Origin: Candidatus Hermodarchaeota archaeon
Lineage (GTDB): Archaea; Asgardarchaeota; Hermodarchaeia; Hermodarchaeales; Hermodarchaeaceae
Assembly: GCA_016839805.1 (NCBI GenBank)
Contig: JAEOTO010000031.1
Location: 32,001-96,000 of the forward strand
Direction of reading: 5' to 3'
DNA: 64,000 nt
Below the pieces are notes generated by a model that did not search any database, was not told the origin of the DNA, and was given only the letters and a program-made list of their open reading frames with translations. Shown here piece by piece: positions 1 through 8,953 of this stretch (position 1 is its first letter; each line of letters starts with the position of its first letter). The translations under genes were made by a program, and so were the position numbers.

Positions 1-505
1 ATCCTAAAAGGAGGATAGGATAAGAGCTGGCTCCGATTATCTGGGCTGATGCCTGTGACACACCGTAGGTTGCATTACTTGATCCTACGCTCGGAGTTAT
101 TATTAGCAAATCATATTCTAATTGCGTTGGAAGAGCATTGATGTGAATTGAAGTAGTATTGAATCCCATATTCTCAAAGAGAGTAATCCAAACATGAACT
201 GGCTCTTGTCCTGATTCATTAACAAGATCACCATAAACGAGAAGCAGGTTTCCAAATGGAAGTGACTCGAGGATTCCTTCTTGAGGATTAGGCTCTGGAA
301 CAGGAGGGCTACGAGGGTCACTGAGCTTTGATGATAATAAGGAATTTTGTAAGTTCAATTCCTCTAGAGGAACATCGTCAGTTGATTCTAGTGCAGTTGA
401 TTGGGTTGGGTAGTTAGTGGGTGCATTTGCGGGTAAACCAAGTAGGAGAAAAAGCATGACAGAAAGGACTATTAGTTGAGGAATTGCTTTTGTCGTGGAA
501 ATCAT
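1..505 (-). CDS. Secreted/cell-surface protein, partial (runs off window edge; absent from ORF track)
   Basis: ATG at 505 with GGAGA upstream. Open frame MISTTKAIPQLIVLSVMLFLLLGLPANA... continues 168 codons to the edge. Signal-peptide-like N-terminus; sequons NES/NTT/NAT. Confidence 0.8.
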   Translation of the reverse strand, partial: MISTTKAIPQLIVLSVMLFLLLGLPANAPTNYPTQSTALESTDDVPLEELNLQNSLLSSKLSDPRSPPVPEPNPQEGILESLPFGNLLLVYGDLVNESGQEPVHVWITLFENMGFNTTSIHINALPTQLEYDLLIITPSVGSSNATYGVSQASAQIIGASSYPILLLG

Positions 506-558
506 TGAGTTGCTATCTCCCCAGGAATGGGTGTGCGGCGTGGGTTTTAGGTTCGTTT

Positions 559-1392
559 TTAAGCATTATGCTCACTGTGCGGAGGGAGGAGTCGGTTGTG
601 ATGACGTGGTCGAAATCGTTGTAAAAGATAGTAGAAGAAAAGGGCAACTAGAGTAGCACCTGTGAAGGAAAGAATTATGGAATTGTAGTTGGTCCAATAA
701 TGAAGGAGGGTAGAATTTGAAGGAAGTGGGGGATTTGCTGTTTGTAACTCAAGATAGATTTCATGCAGGTATTGAGTAGAGTCCTGAAGAAGCGAAATGG
801 CACGAACAAGTATGCCAGTTCGATATTCATAGTAGTAAAGTTCGTGTTGTCGATTTCCCGATGAATACGATAATTGCCAACACAGAAAATATTGGTGAGC
901 GACTTCAATTGATACTAAATCAGTAACGGTGAAGGGGGCGATCCGAAGAAAATTATTTGTCGCGGGGAGATCTCCATCAATTCGTATTTGTTCACCTAGT
1001 TGGATTGATGGATTAATCCACCAGGCTGTATAGCAATTCAGACCTGCATAGTTGTAAGTTCGATTTGAGGAGTAAGTATAGTTGGTGTTATCTGCATACC
1101 AGGTGTGACCATTATCCCAGGTGAGATTCCACGTGAGATAACCGAGATAGGAAAGGGATCCGGTTGAATTCAGGGTTAATTGTTCTTTCCCATAATAAGA
1201 AATTGATAGATTGTCGTTAGATGAAATGACCTGGAGCTGGTAGGTCCGAGTCTGCGTGACAGGAACGGGATTGGTGAATGTACAATAAGCAAAGGTATTG
1301 GACATGAAACTTAACGAGAAAATGAGGAGAAGCCCTAGCCAGCGAAGGGGGCGTTGTCGAGTGATTCTGTGTTGTGCATTAATGCGTTTCAC
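559..1392 (-). CDS. Membrane-anchored surface glycoprotein, hypothetical
   Basis: N-terminal hydrophobic signal, about 6 N-glycosylation sequons, C-terminal TM plus basic tail. GTGA overlap with the radA-like stop. Confidence 0.75.
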   Translation of the reverse strand: MKRINAQHRITRQRPLRWLGLLLIFSLSFMSNTFAYCTFTNPVPVTQTRTYQLQVISSNDNLSISYYGKEQLTLNSTGSLSYLGYLTWNLTWDNGHTWYADNTNYTYSSNRTYNYAGLNCYTAWWINPSIQLGEQIRIDGDLPATNNFLRIAPFTVTDLVSIEVAHQYFLCWQLSYSSGNRQHELYYYEYRTGILVRAISLLQDSTQYLHEIYLELQTANPPLPSNSTLLHYWTNYNSIILSFTGATLVALFFYYLLQRFRPRHHNRLLPPHSEHNA

Positions 1393-2420
1393 TCGGTGTC
1401 ACCATTATCAGTACTTGTGGGGTTAGCGAGGGTGCCAAGACCGTTTTTGTCTACGAGTCCAATGTCGGTGAGATAATAGGTGACTTCCTCTTCGGGAAGG
1501 TCAGGTGCGTCCCGGATGGTTGCTCGACGTTCTTCTCCTTTAATTGGGCGTAGTCGAATTCGGTAAGTTGAGCCATAAGCGAGGATATTCCCACCTGCCT
1601 CCTTGGTGGGGCTTCCAAAGGGTGAGGGATTAGCTCGAACTTGGTTTGTGAATATTACAACTGCTTGGTAGGCATCAGCATATTCGATGAGAAGCTGTAA
1701 CAAGCGACTAATAATCTGCTGTCGTCGTGCTAACGTTTCTCGACCAATAAATTCAGCACCAAAATGTCGAATTAGGCTATCAACGACGATGAGTTTAGCG
1801 TTTGTAGCGTCTAATACAAAGGGGAGGCGTTCTTCGATGAGCCAGCGGAGATGATGAGCATTGACAACCTTAACGTAGTTTATACTCTCAACAGCCATAT
1901 TGGGATCCATGCCAAACCGCTCTGCAATTCGGGAAACCCGATCTGGACGAAATGTCTTTTCTGTGTCTAGCCAGATAGCAGGACCACCTCGACCATGGAC
2001 GGTGTATTCTTCATCCTTTCCAATCTGAATAGTTCGTCCATCGGGTGGGAGTTGCACGGTTACACAGCACTGGCAGCACACCGAGGTTTTACCAGATCGG
2101 GCTGGTCCGACAAATTCATAGATAGCACCTGCACGAAGACCACCACCTAGAATCTTATCCAACCCAGCCACACCAGTAGAAAATATTGGTACATCTAATA
2201 CTTTGGCAGCTATACTACCTGGAACGAAATCCAAGGCCATTTTTTCTTTCAGCATAAGGCGGGCTTCAGTGATGAATCGGTTTCCAGTGCTTTCTGGTAA
2301 TCCCGTACGGTCTGCCATCACCTTAGGGTCCTGAATGGCTAGGGCTTCAAGTGTGAGAATTCCTGCGTCTTGCAGTTTTTGCAGGCTTTTAGGACCAAGT
2401 CCATTTACATCTTTAAGCAA
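1389..2420 (-). CDS. radA: RadA/Rad51-family recombinase, divergent paralog
   Basis: N-terminal HhH (LKDVNGLGPKS), Walker A GPARSGKT, DTEKTFRPDR, LIVVDS, GRETLARRQQ, TNQV, DAPDLPE. TTG start with GGTGG RBS. Confidence 0.9.
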   Translation of the reverse strand: MLKDVNGLGPKSLQKLQDAGILTLEALAIQDPKVMADRTGLPESTGNRFITEARLMLKEKMALDFVPGSIAAKVLDVPIFSTGVAGLDKILGGGLRAGAIYEFVGPARSGKTSVCCQCCVTVQLPPDGRTIQIGKDEEYTVHGRGGPAIWLDTEKTFRPDRVSRIAERFGMDPNMAVESINYVKVVNAHHLRWLIEERLPFVLDATNAKLIVVDSLIRHFGAEFIGRETLARRQQIISRLLQLLIEYADAYQAVVIFTNQVRANPSPFGSPTKEAGGNILAYGSTYRIRLRPIKGEERRATIRDAPDLPEEEVTYYLTDIGLVDKNGLGTLANPTSTDNGDTE

Positions 2421-2486
2421 GGTTTTACCACCAAATTTGACCTGATTGTTGAAGCGTCGAATTGGGGCGCAGATTTTGGTTGATTT

Positions 2487-3155
2487 TTATGAATTTCGGT
2501 GTGGTTTGAAAACTTGCCAGAATAATAAGGCGAGTAATGCACCTGCTAAGACTGCTCCACTGAAAAGCCATATTGAGAACGGGAGTGCCCACAAGGTTCG
2601 TAGGAATAGGTAGGTAAGGGCAGTGAATAGGGGTATGGATAATAGACCTAATTCCAGGATGGTTTGATTTGGTCTTTCTTTTGCCACTGATGTAACTAAT
2701 TTTATGTCTGCTTTGCTTGGGGCGAGTCCGATAAAAAAGCAGAAGGCGAAGTAATATTTGAGAATTTCATGCATAGGGATAATGACCCAGAAGGCAATTA
2801 GAAGATACAAAGCGAGTGCTAAAATGATAAGTGGGGCAAAACCGATAAGAACGCTGGTTGTGAAAGTGTGGATTTTACTGGCTTCAACAACTACACCTCC
2901 TGCAACGCCATTACGGTTACCAATGAAGATTCGGTGTTCCAGAATTGGAATGCCTGTAATGCGACAGAGGAGATCGTGGCATATCTCATGGAGAACTACA
3001 CCAGGAAAAGCAAGATAGCGAAGGAGGGTTCCAAGGCGATGGCTGATGAAATCAGTAAAGGTCATGAGGAGCAGGCTAGCAATAAGAAAGAGGGGAATAC
3101 AGAACATGACTTCTAGGAGCAGTCCCAGTGCATAGAGATCAGGATTCACCTGCAC
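2487..3155 (-). CDS. Membrane zinc metalloprotease (M50-like/DUF3267-type)
   Basis: PGVVLHEICH (HExxH), GFAP and PSKAD motifs, multiple TMs. Likely GTG start at 3155 with GGTGA RBS overlapping the upstream stop; track start 3272 overlaps the upstream gene. Confidence 0.75.
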   Translation of the reverse strand: MQVNPDLYALGLLLEVMFCIPLFLIASLLLMTFTDFISHRLGTLLRYLAFPGVVLHEICHDLLCRITGIPILEHRIFIGNRNGVAGGVVVEASKIHTFTTSVLIGFAPLIILALALYLLIAFWVIIPMHEILKYYFAFCFFIGLAPSKADIKLVTSVAKERPNQTILELGLLSIPLFTALTYLFLRTLWALPFSIWLFSGAVLAGALLALLFWQVFKPHRNS

Positions 3156-3159
3156 CGGT

Positions 3160-5592
3160 TCACCCTCGTTGTTGAATCTTCTGAGATTTGGTTTTTCGTC
3201 TTCGCCGTGGTTGGGGAAGTGTGTCATCGAGAAATTGATTTTGCGATTGACCATCGAGGGTGGGTAGCACATCCATAGCTCGGAGTTGGTGTATATTCGC
3301 GATTAGGTGCTCTGCTTTGGGTTTCGTTAAAAGGCGTTCTGTACCGTTAAAACAGAGTTTGACAGAGCCTGGGGGTAATTTCAATACTTTACTTGCAGTA
3401 GGGTGGTTTTCGCTGTCGATGTACTGGGCAATAAGATAGGGTTCTTCAGCTGCAGCTGTTTCGAGTGCATCGAGGATGAATTGATCCCGAGGAAGACGTA
3501 CAACGGCTAATGCAATAAGTTGCATACGCGCTAGGACTCGTCGTTCCTGAGCGACCGATAAATCGACTTCCATTACCCGCTGTGTGGCTGTGTTCAAAGG
3601 AGCAGTTATCACTTCTTCAATGACATCATCTATTTCCGCTACTACCGAAGATGGAAGTGAACCTGACTCAGATACTTTGGCAGGCTCTGTTTTGTTTTTA
3701 TCAGAGACGGATTCCGTTTTTTGATTAATTACCCCTTGGGGAGAAGCCGGTTCCAGTGCTTCAGGGTCAATCTGATAGGTTTGAGCCGTCTTGATGAGAC
3801 TTTCTACCTGGTCAAGAAATCCTTTGATTCGGTATTTGATAATGAGGTCGGTGGGAACTGGGAATGCATCTTCAACTATATGCATCAATAATTGACGTGA
3901 AAGCAAACAGATGAAAGGTAATGAAGGGGGCTCAGTGCTTCCTTCAACGCGAAAGAGCTGGTAATATTCCATAATTTCGGGGGTACGTTCGGAGTCACCA
4001 AGTCCCGGGAAAAGGATTACATTCAGTTTTGAGCCTAATTGCTGGGCGACTTGATTCACATGAGTTAGGAGTGTGCTCCAACTAGTGACATATCGGTTTG
4101 CGAAGACCAGGAGGTAAGGAGAAGCCCCACTTCGGATTAAATCAGATAGTAATCTCAAGTCATTTTTAGATTCCACTCGCAAAGGAACCCCTTGATCTAG
4201 AGTGGTTGGTGTTGATGGAGTATCTGTCGGTATAATTTGTCTTGGTTGTATAGGTATTGTCCGTGATGGTTCACGATTCATTTCTTGATCAAAAACCAAA
4301 GAATTGGGTGTAGGGAGTTTAGGTTGCGTTATAGGCAGTGATATTAAATTATTGACTCGTGGAATCACTTGGAAGACCTGGATTTCCCAAGTGGGGGGAA
4401 TGGCATGTTGTTGCCGAAGGATATGGACTGCATAATTCATGAGTTGCTGAGCTTCTGAGGGTAAAAGGGGCCGCTGTTGTCGGGCAATCGCAAGGCGTTG
4501 AAGCCAAGCAGCGAGCGATTGGCGTGTTTCATCAGAATCTATCTGGTTAAGAAGCGATGTTAGATTATCCGGTGGAGCTTCGCCACTTTGTTTCAAAACA
4601 CCCATTCGCAAGCCATTGATCAGGAAAGCACGGGCATGTTCGGAGAAGCCACGCCAATTCCCTGCCTGATAGGTGTTTAAAGAGGCCGTCATCGCGGCGT
4701 GAATTGTGTCCTGAAGATATGCTGCAGTGGTTGTAGCAGTCCAGGCAGTGTTAGTAGTAACTAGTTCATCATTGACATTTAGCTGGCTGAGCTCTGCTGG
4801 TTGCCCTTGAATACCAATAACTTCTGGAGGTGCCGATACCGTCGAGGGCGATTTAAGAAGCGTTACTTTGATGGAATGTTGCAATCTGAATCGATGAAAT
4901 GCGTTCAGGGCTTTTCGAAGCAATAAGATCGGGGCAAAAAGTCCACACAGCATTATTGGAATTCCTAGTAGAACCAGACCAAGTCCCCAAAGAATGCCTG
5001 AAAGTCCTAGCAAAAACGGGAAACAAATTAAGGCAAGACTCAGATACTGATATGCCCTTTGAAGGGGACGAAAAGTCCCTTCAAGTGGGTGCAGTTTTGT
5101 ATCACTTTGAATGATATTTTGAGTGAGATACGTTGCGAGTTGGTTTACCTGAATTATAGGTGGTGCAAACACCGAAGTAGAGTCTTGGAAGACTTCAGGG
5201 TTAGTGGAAGAATGCGAGATGAAAAGAGGGTAAATCCGACATTCGAGGAGATGACCAGATTCATCGGTGAGAATGTACGCCTTTTTACCGAGGAATGTGA
5301 TGGTTTGGCTTTGAGTTTTAGGGTTAAGGTGGAGAGTGGGGCTTTGGAGTTGAGTTTGGAGTTGTGAGATAGCTTGAATGAGAAGGGGAACCTCATTAGA
5401 GAGCGTCTCACCCTTCCCTTGGAGTTCTCGATAAACAAGAAAATCGCAGCAAACAACATCCTGAATATCATATTTGCGCACCGTGAGTTGAGTACCATCT
5501 ACTCCTGTCGGCAAGGGCACAAAATCCTGTTCTTGCAGGATTTGTTGTATATCAGTTGATCTAGGTTGATTCACTCTTTTCACTTCGCCCAT
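3160..5592 (-). CDS. 810-aa multidomain membrane-tethered hypothetical protein (2 TM, degenerate HEPN-like, two Cys-less thioredoxin-like segments)
   Basis: Long ORF with a TM hairpin near nt 4920-5050 and low-complexity linkers. Domain calls by pattern recognition only. Confidence 0.75.
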   Translation of the reverse strand: MGEVKRVNQPRSTDIQQILQEQDFVPLPTGVDGTQLTVRKYDIQDVVCCDFLVYRELQGKGETLSNEVPLLIQAISQLQTQLQSPTLHLNPKTQSQTITFLGKKAYILTDESGHLLECRIYPLFISHSSTNPEVFQDSTSVFAPPIIQVNQLATYLTQNIIQSDTKLHPLEGTFRPLQRAYQYLSLALICFPFLLGLSGILWGLGLVLLGIPIMLCGLFAPILLLRKALNAFHRFRLQHSIKVTLLKSPSTVSAPPEVIGIQGQPAELSQLNVNDELVTTNTAWTATTTAAYLQDTIHAAMTASLNTYQAGNWRGFSEHARAFLINGLRMGVLKQSGEAPPDNLTSLLNQIDSDETRQSLAAWLQRLAIARQQRPLLPSEAQQLMNYAVHILRQQHAIPPTWEIQVFQVIPRVNNLISLPITQPKLPTPNSLVFDQEMNREPSRTIPIQPRQIIPTDTPSTPTTLDQGVPLRVESKNDLRLLSDLIRSGASPYLLVFANRYVTSWSTLLTHVNQVAQQLGSKLNVILFPGLGDSERTPEIMEYYQLFRVEGSTEPPSLPFICLLSRQLLMHIVEDAFPVPTDLIIKYRIKGFLDQVESLIKTAQTYQIDPEALEPASPQGVINQKTESVSDKNKTEPAKVSESGSLPSSVVAEIDDVIEEVITAPLNTATQRVMEVDLSVAQERRVLARMQLIALAVVRLPRDQFILDALETAAAEEPYLIAQYIDSENHPTASKVLKLPPGSVKLCFNGTERLLTKPKAEHLIANIHQLRAMDVLPTLDGQSQNQFLDDTLPQPRRRRKTKSQKIQQRG

Positions 5593-5665
5593 GAATAAGG
5601 GCAGCTGTGGGCGGCTTTTGAATAATTTTTAAGGATTTCTATTCGTGACAACTTTGGGATTGACC

Positions 5666-6631
5666 ATGGGAGTGAAACTAGCTCAGCTCGTCACAAGCGA
5701 AATCCGTAATCTTTCCACATTAACTCGAAAACGAGTGGTACTTGATGGCAGCTATGTCATTATTTCCGCATTGAAAAAAATCCGTCCTAATGGACAGATG
5801 TTCGTAAATCGTTGGGGTGAACCGCTCGCTCCAGTGCACGTAATCTTCTATAAAACCCTGCGTCTGCTCGAAGAGGGGATTCGACCAATTTACGTCTTTG
5901 ATGGCATTCCACCAATCGAGAAAAGATGCAACGATCAGCGAATACAACTCCACATGCAACAACTTTGGAAGGCTTACGAGAGAGCAAAAGAGGTGCAAGA
6001 TGGAGAAACGATTCGAAACCTTTTCCAAAGCACCGCATTAACTTACCGCAAAGCTATCCTCGACGCTGTGGAGTTACTCAAAGCCATGGGGGCCCCAGCA
6101 ATTATTGCACCAAGTGAAGGAGAAGCACAGGGAGCAGCCCTCGTGAAGGAGAACCGAGCGGATTTTCTCTTTACACCGGATTATGACGCCCTCATTTTTG
6201 GGTGTCCAACAATTATCCGTCGCATAGACTTCGACCAACACCAAATCGAAGTTATTGTATTAGAAAACGTCCTGAAAACTCTGGATCTAAATCTATCACA
6301 ATTAATCGACTTAGCAATCCTGATTGGAACAGATTTCAATAAGGGTGTTCCCCGTATTGGTCCAAGACGGGGATTGGCATTAATCAAAAAATACGAAGCC
6401 CTTGAACAAATTCCAACCTTATCCTCGATAGAAGACTTACTAGAAATCCGACAGCTGTTCCAAACTCCACCAATTATATCCTTTGATCCACATGTCCGTC
6501 CACCCAATGTGGAAATGGTCCAACGGCTCCTCCTTGAAAAGGGATTCAATGCTCGTCGCGCTCTGAAAGCAAGAAATCGACTTGTAAATGCTTATTATTC
6601 ACACCGAACGGCCCAACAACACCTTACTTGA
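5666..6631 (+). CDS. fen: Flap endonuclease-1 family protein, divergent
   Basis: MGV start, VLDG, GIRPIYVFDG, SEGEAQ, DYDALIFG, LIGTDFN-G-PRIGP (H3TH). Confidence 0.88.
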   Translation: MGVKLAQLVTSEIRNLSTLTRKRVVLDGSYVIISALKKIRPNGQMFVNRWGEPLAPVHVIFYKTLRLLEEGIRPIYVFDGIPPIEKRCNDQRIQLHMQQLWKAYERAKEVQDGETIRNLFQSTALTYRKAILDAVELLKAMGAPAIIAPSEGEAQGAALVKENRADFLFTPDYDALIFGCPTIIRRIDFDQHQIEVIVLENVLKTLDLNLSQLIDLAILIGTDFNKGVPRIGPRRGLALIKKYEALEQIPTLSSIEDLLEIRQLFQTPPIISFDPHVRPPNVEMVQRLLLEKGFNARRALKARNRLVNAYYSHRTAQQHLT

Positions 6632-6952
6632 AAATAAGTAGTTGGATAAGCAGGAGAGTGGTGATCCAAAAAATTTCAGGATTTCACTCAGTTTACTGAA
6701 ATTCCTAGCAAATCCTCACCATTGAGTAACTAAATAAGCTGCTCCACAAGCGTCGATAAAGAAAGGCATTGATGGAGTAACGTACGTATTTTGCAATGAT
6801 ACTTGTTTCCAAAGGAGTTTGAAAGATTTCAACAAATGCCTGAATTCGATGAAATTCATTTCTCGGTTTATGGTTATTTAGCAGAAGACTTCATGATACT
6901 TGTGTGGTTTAAGTAACATTTACTCGAGGGAGGGGTGAGGAGCGTTTATAAT

Positions 6953-7237
6953 ATGAGCGAGTCGCATTGGCTGATTAGAGAAACTCTAAGACGCATTGCT
7001 TTGAATGCCAGGGGACCAGCGCTCCCCTTAGCTAGAGGAATGTTAGAGCAGATTCCTCAGTTTTTATCCACTGGTATGCCTATTGTAAACGCTCTACGTG
7101 AATCATTGTTAATTGCGATTCACACAGCGCAACTAAGGGCGCAACATTGTGTGGGCACGGAACGATATGCGTTAGACGATTTCATTAAAACTTGTGTTGA
7201 AATGGAATCAGAAACTGAATATCTCGTGACGGTCTAA
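6953..7237 (+). CDS. Small helical hypothetical protein (94 aa)
   Basis: ATG at 6953 preceded by GAGGAG; fills intergenic space. Confidence 0.65.
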   Translation: MSESHWLIRETLRRIALNARGPALPLARGMLEQIPQFLSTGMPIVNALRESLLIAIHTAQLRAQHCVGTERYALDDFIKTCVEMESETEYLVTV

Positions 7238-7323
7238 CCTGTTATGTAATTTAAGAGGGAAAAGGTCACAGAAAACCTTTAATCGCTGATTGAAGGGGTT
7301 GGCATCAGCTAGTGTGGTAGAGG

Positions 7324-7572
7324 TTGATTGATGTGACTGTCTCTGCATATATCATGTGTAAGGTTTTCATGGGTTACATTCAGGATGTTGTGAATGCACT
7401 TCGTGAGCTTGAAGCGGCCACGAGTATCACGGTGACGACAGGGGATTATGATATCATCGCTCGATTCGATGTATCCAACCTGGAAGCCCTCTATGATTTG
7501 ACCGTTAATGCGATTGGTAAAATCAAGGGGATGGAGAGCGTCACAACAGCAGTTGTAGAAAAGGAATTCTAA
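7324..7572 (+). CDS. Stand-alone Lrp/AsnC ligand-binding (RAM) domain protein
   Basis: SAYIMCKV...VTTGDYDIIAR...IGKIKGMESVTT; no HTH. Start may be GTG 7333. Confidence 0.85.
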   Translation: MIDVTVSAYIMCKVFMGYIQDVVNALRELEAATSITVTTGDYDIIARFDVSNLEALYDLTVNAIGKIKGMESVTTAVVEKEF

Positions 7573-7601
7573 GATCGGGTTATGACTAAGAATAGGCGGG
7601 A

Positions 7602-8867
7602 TTGACCTTGCGGGCGGCAATGGAACGACGAATGGGGTCGCAACGCACCCGGACCGTGTTTTATTTCTTAGCCCTCATTTCTGGTGTCTTGTATGCCTTT
7701 TCGGTGTTTTATGATGTGTTTATCTATCGCGTGTTTTTACCCAATCCTATCGCCTTTGCCCTTGCGGAGCAATGGCTTGCCCTCCTCTTTACGGTAGCGA
7801 TGCTCCTTGTGCTAAGTATTCCGACAAATAGGGCTCGTCGTCGTAGTTTGGGAACACAACTTGATCGATCCTTTGCTCACATCTCTTTACCCTCACGCAA
7901 AGTAATTTTCGATATTATTCTAGCGGGTATTTTCGCAGGTGCTGCGACCTTTGCCTATTACTACGTTACAGGCCTTAGTGCTGACGTTTCAGCAGTAATC
8001 CCCTTCTCACGGTTTTCTCTTATCTATCTCATGATTGGTGATTTGATCTTAATCCGCGATTGGCCAAGTCCCATCGAAGCGCTCTCGATTCTTGCCATTA
8101 CCTTTGGTGTCATCCTTGTTGGTACAACGCCTGGAATTTTTGATCCAGCGATGCTGCTGTTTGTCATTGGTTCATGGGCAGGTGGAGTTGCCGTGAGTAT
8201 CTTCTTTCAAAGTCGGGCTAAGCGCAAAGAGATACGTCCAGGTGCAACTATCGACTCCTTAAACTTGCGATTATGGATACTTCTCTTCCTCAACCTTATC
8301 ATGACACTCATGATGATCCCCCTGATAACTCCAGATACCGTGACTCTGCTCATCGTTCAATTTCCGATTGTTGCTCCCTGGCTGCTGCTTCCTGTCTGCC
8401 TCACCTTCTTTTCATTGGTCGCATATCTACAAGCCTTAGGTCAGGGTAAAATGTCTATAGTGCAAAGTGTTGGTTCCGTATCGATTATTTTGGGCATTCC
8501 ACTCACACTGTTGGGTGCTTTTTTGTATCCTGGCGTCTTCAACCCGCCAGCCACTGATGTTCTCTCGTGGCTTCTGAAATTAACTGGAACTATTTTTGTA
8601 ATTGCGGGAATCGTCGCTTTGTCCATGAGTGAAATGCGTGGCTTTGTTCTAGTGAAATTGCGACCGGGAACAGGTGATATTATGAAAGAATTGCGTGGTA
8701 TTCATGGTGTAAGCCGAGTCTCAGCCATTTCAGGAAAATGGGATTACATCATTCGAATTGATATTCGAAGCCTCAGTAGCGCCCGGGTCAAGACGCTGCA
8801 ACGGATTGAGGAAACACCTGGTGTAATAGATATGGAAACCCAGCTTATACTCAGAGAATGGGCCTAA
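7602..8867 (+). CDS. DMT/EamA-like transporter fused to a C-terminal Lrp/AsnC domain
   Basis: About 10 TMs followed by GFVLVKLRPG...ISGKWDYIIRI...IEETPGVIDMET. Confidence 0.78.
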   Translation: MTLRAAMERRMGSQRTRTVFYFLALISGVLYAFSVFYDVFIYRVFLPNPIAFALAEQWLALLFTVAMLLVLSIPTNRARRRSLGTQLDRSFAHISLPSRKVIFDIILAGIFAGAATFAYYYVTGLSADVSAVIPFSRFSLIYLMIGDLILIRDWPSPIEALSILAITFGVILVGTTPGIFDPAMLLFVIGSWAGGVAVSIFFQSRAKRKEIRPGATIDSLNLRLWILLFLNLIMTLMMIPLITPDTVTLLIVQFPIVAPWLLLPVCLTFFSLVAYLQALGQGKMSIVQSVGSVSIILGIPLTLLGAFLYPGVFNPPATDVLSWLLKLTGTIFVIAGIVALSMSEMRGFVLVKLRPGTGDIMKELRGIHGVSRVSAISGKWDYIIRIDIRSLSSARVKTLQRIEETPGVIDMETQLILREWA

Positions 8868-8953
8868 CTACTCTCTCAAGAAGCGGTTTACTTCTCAGAC
8901 AGCGTCCAAAACTTATTTAATAATCCCAAAAAACGGCGAGTCATTGAATCGCC

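Noticed and set aside
118-321. 67-aa track ORF
   Set aside because: Out-of-frame shadow within the longer signal-peptide ORF starting at 505.
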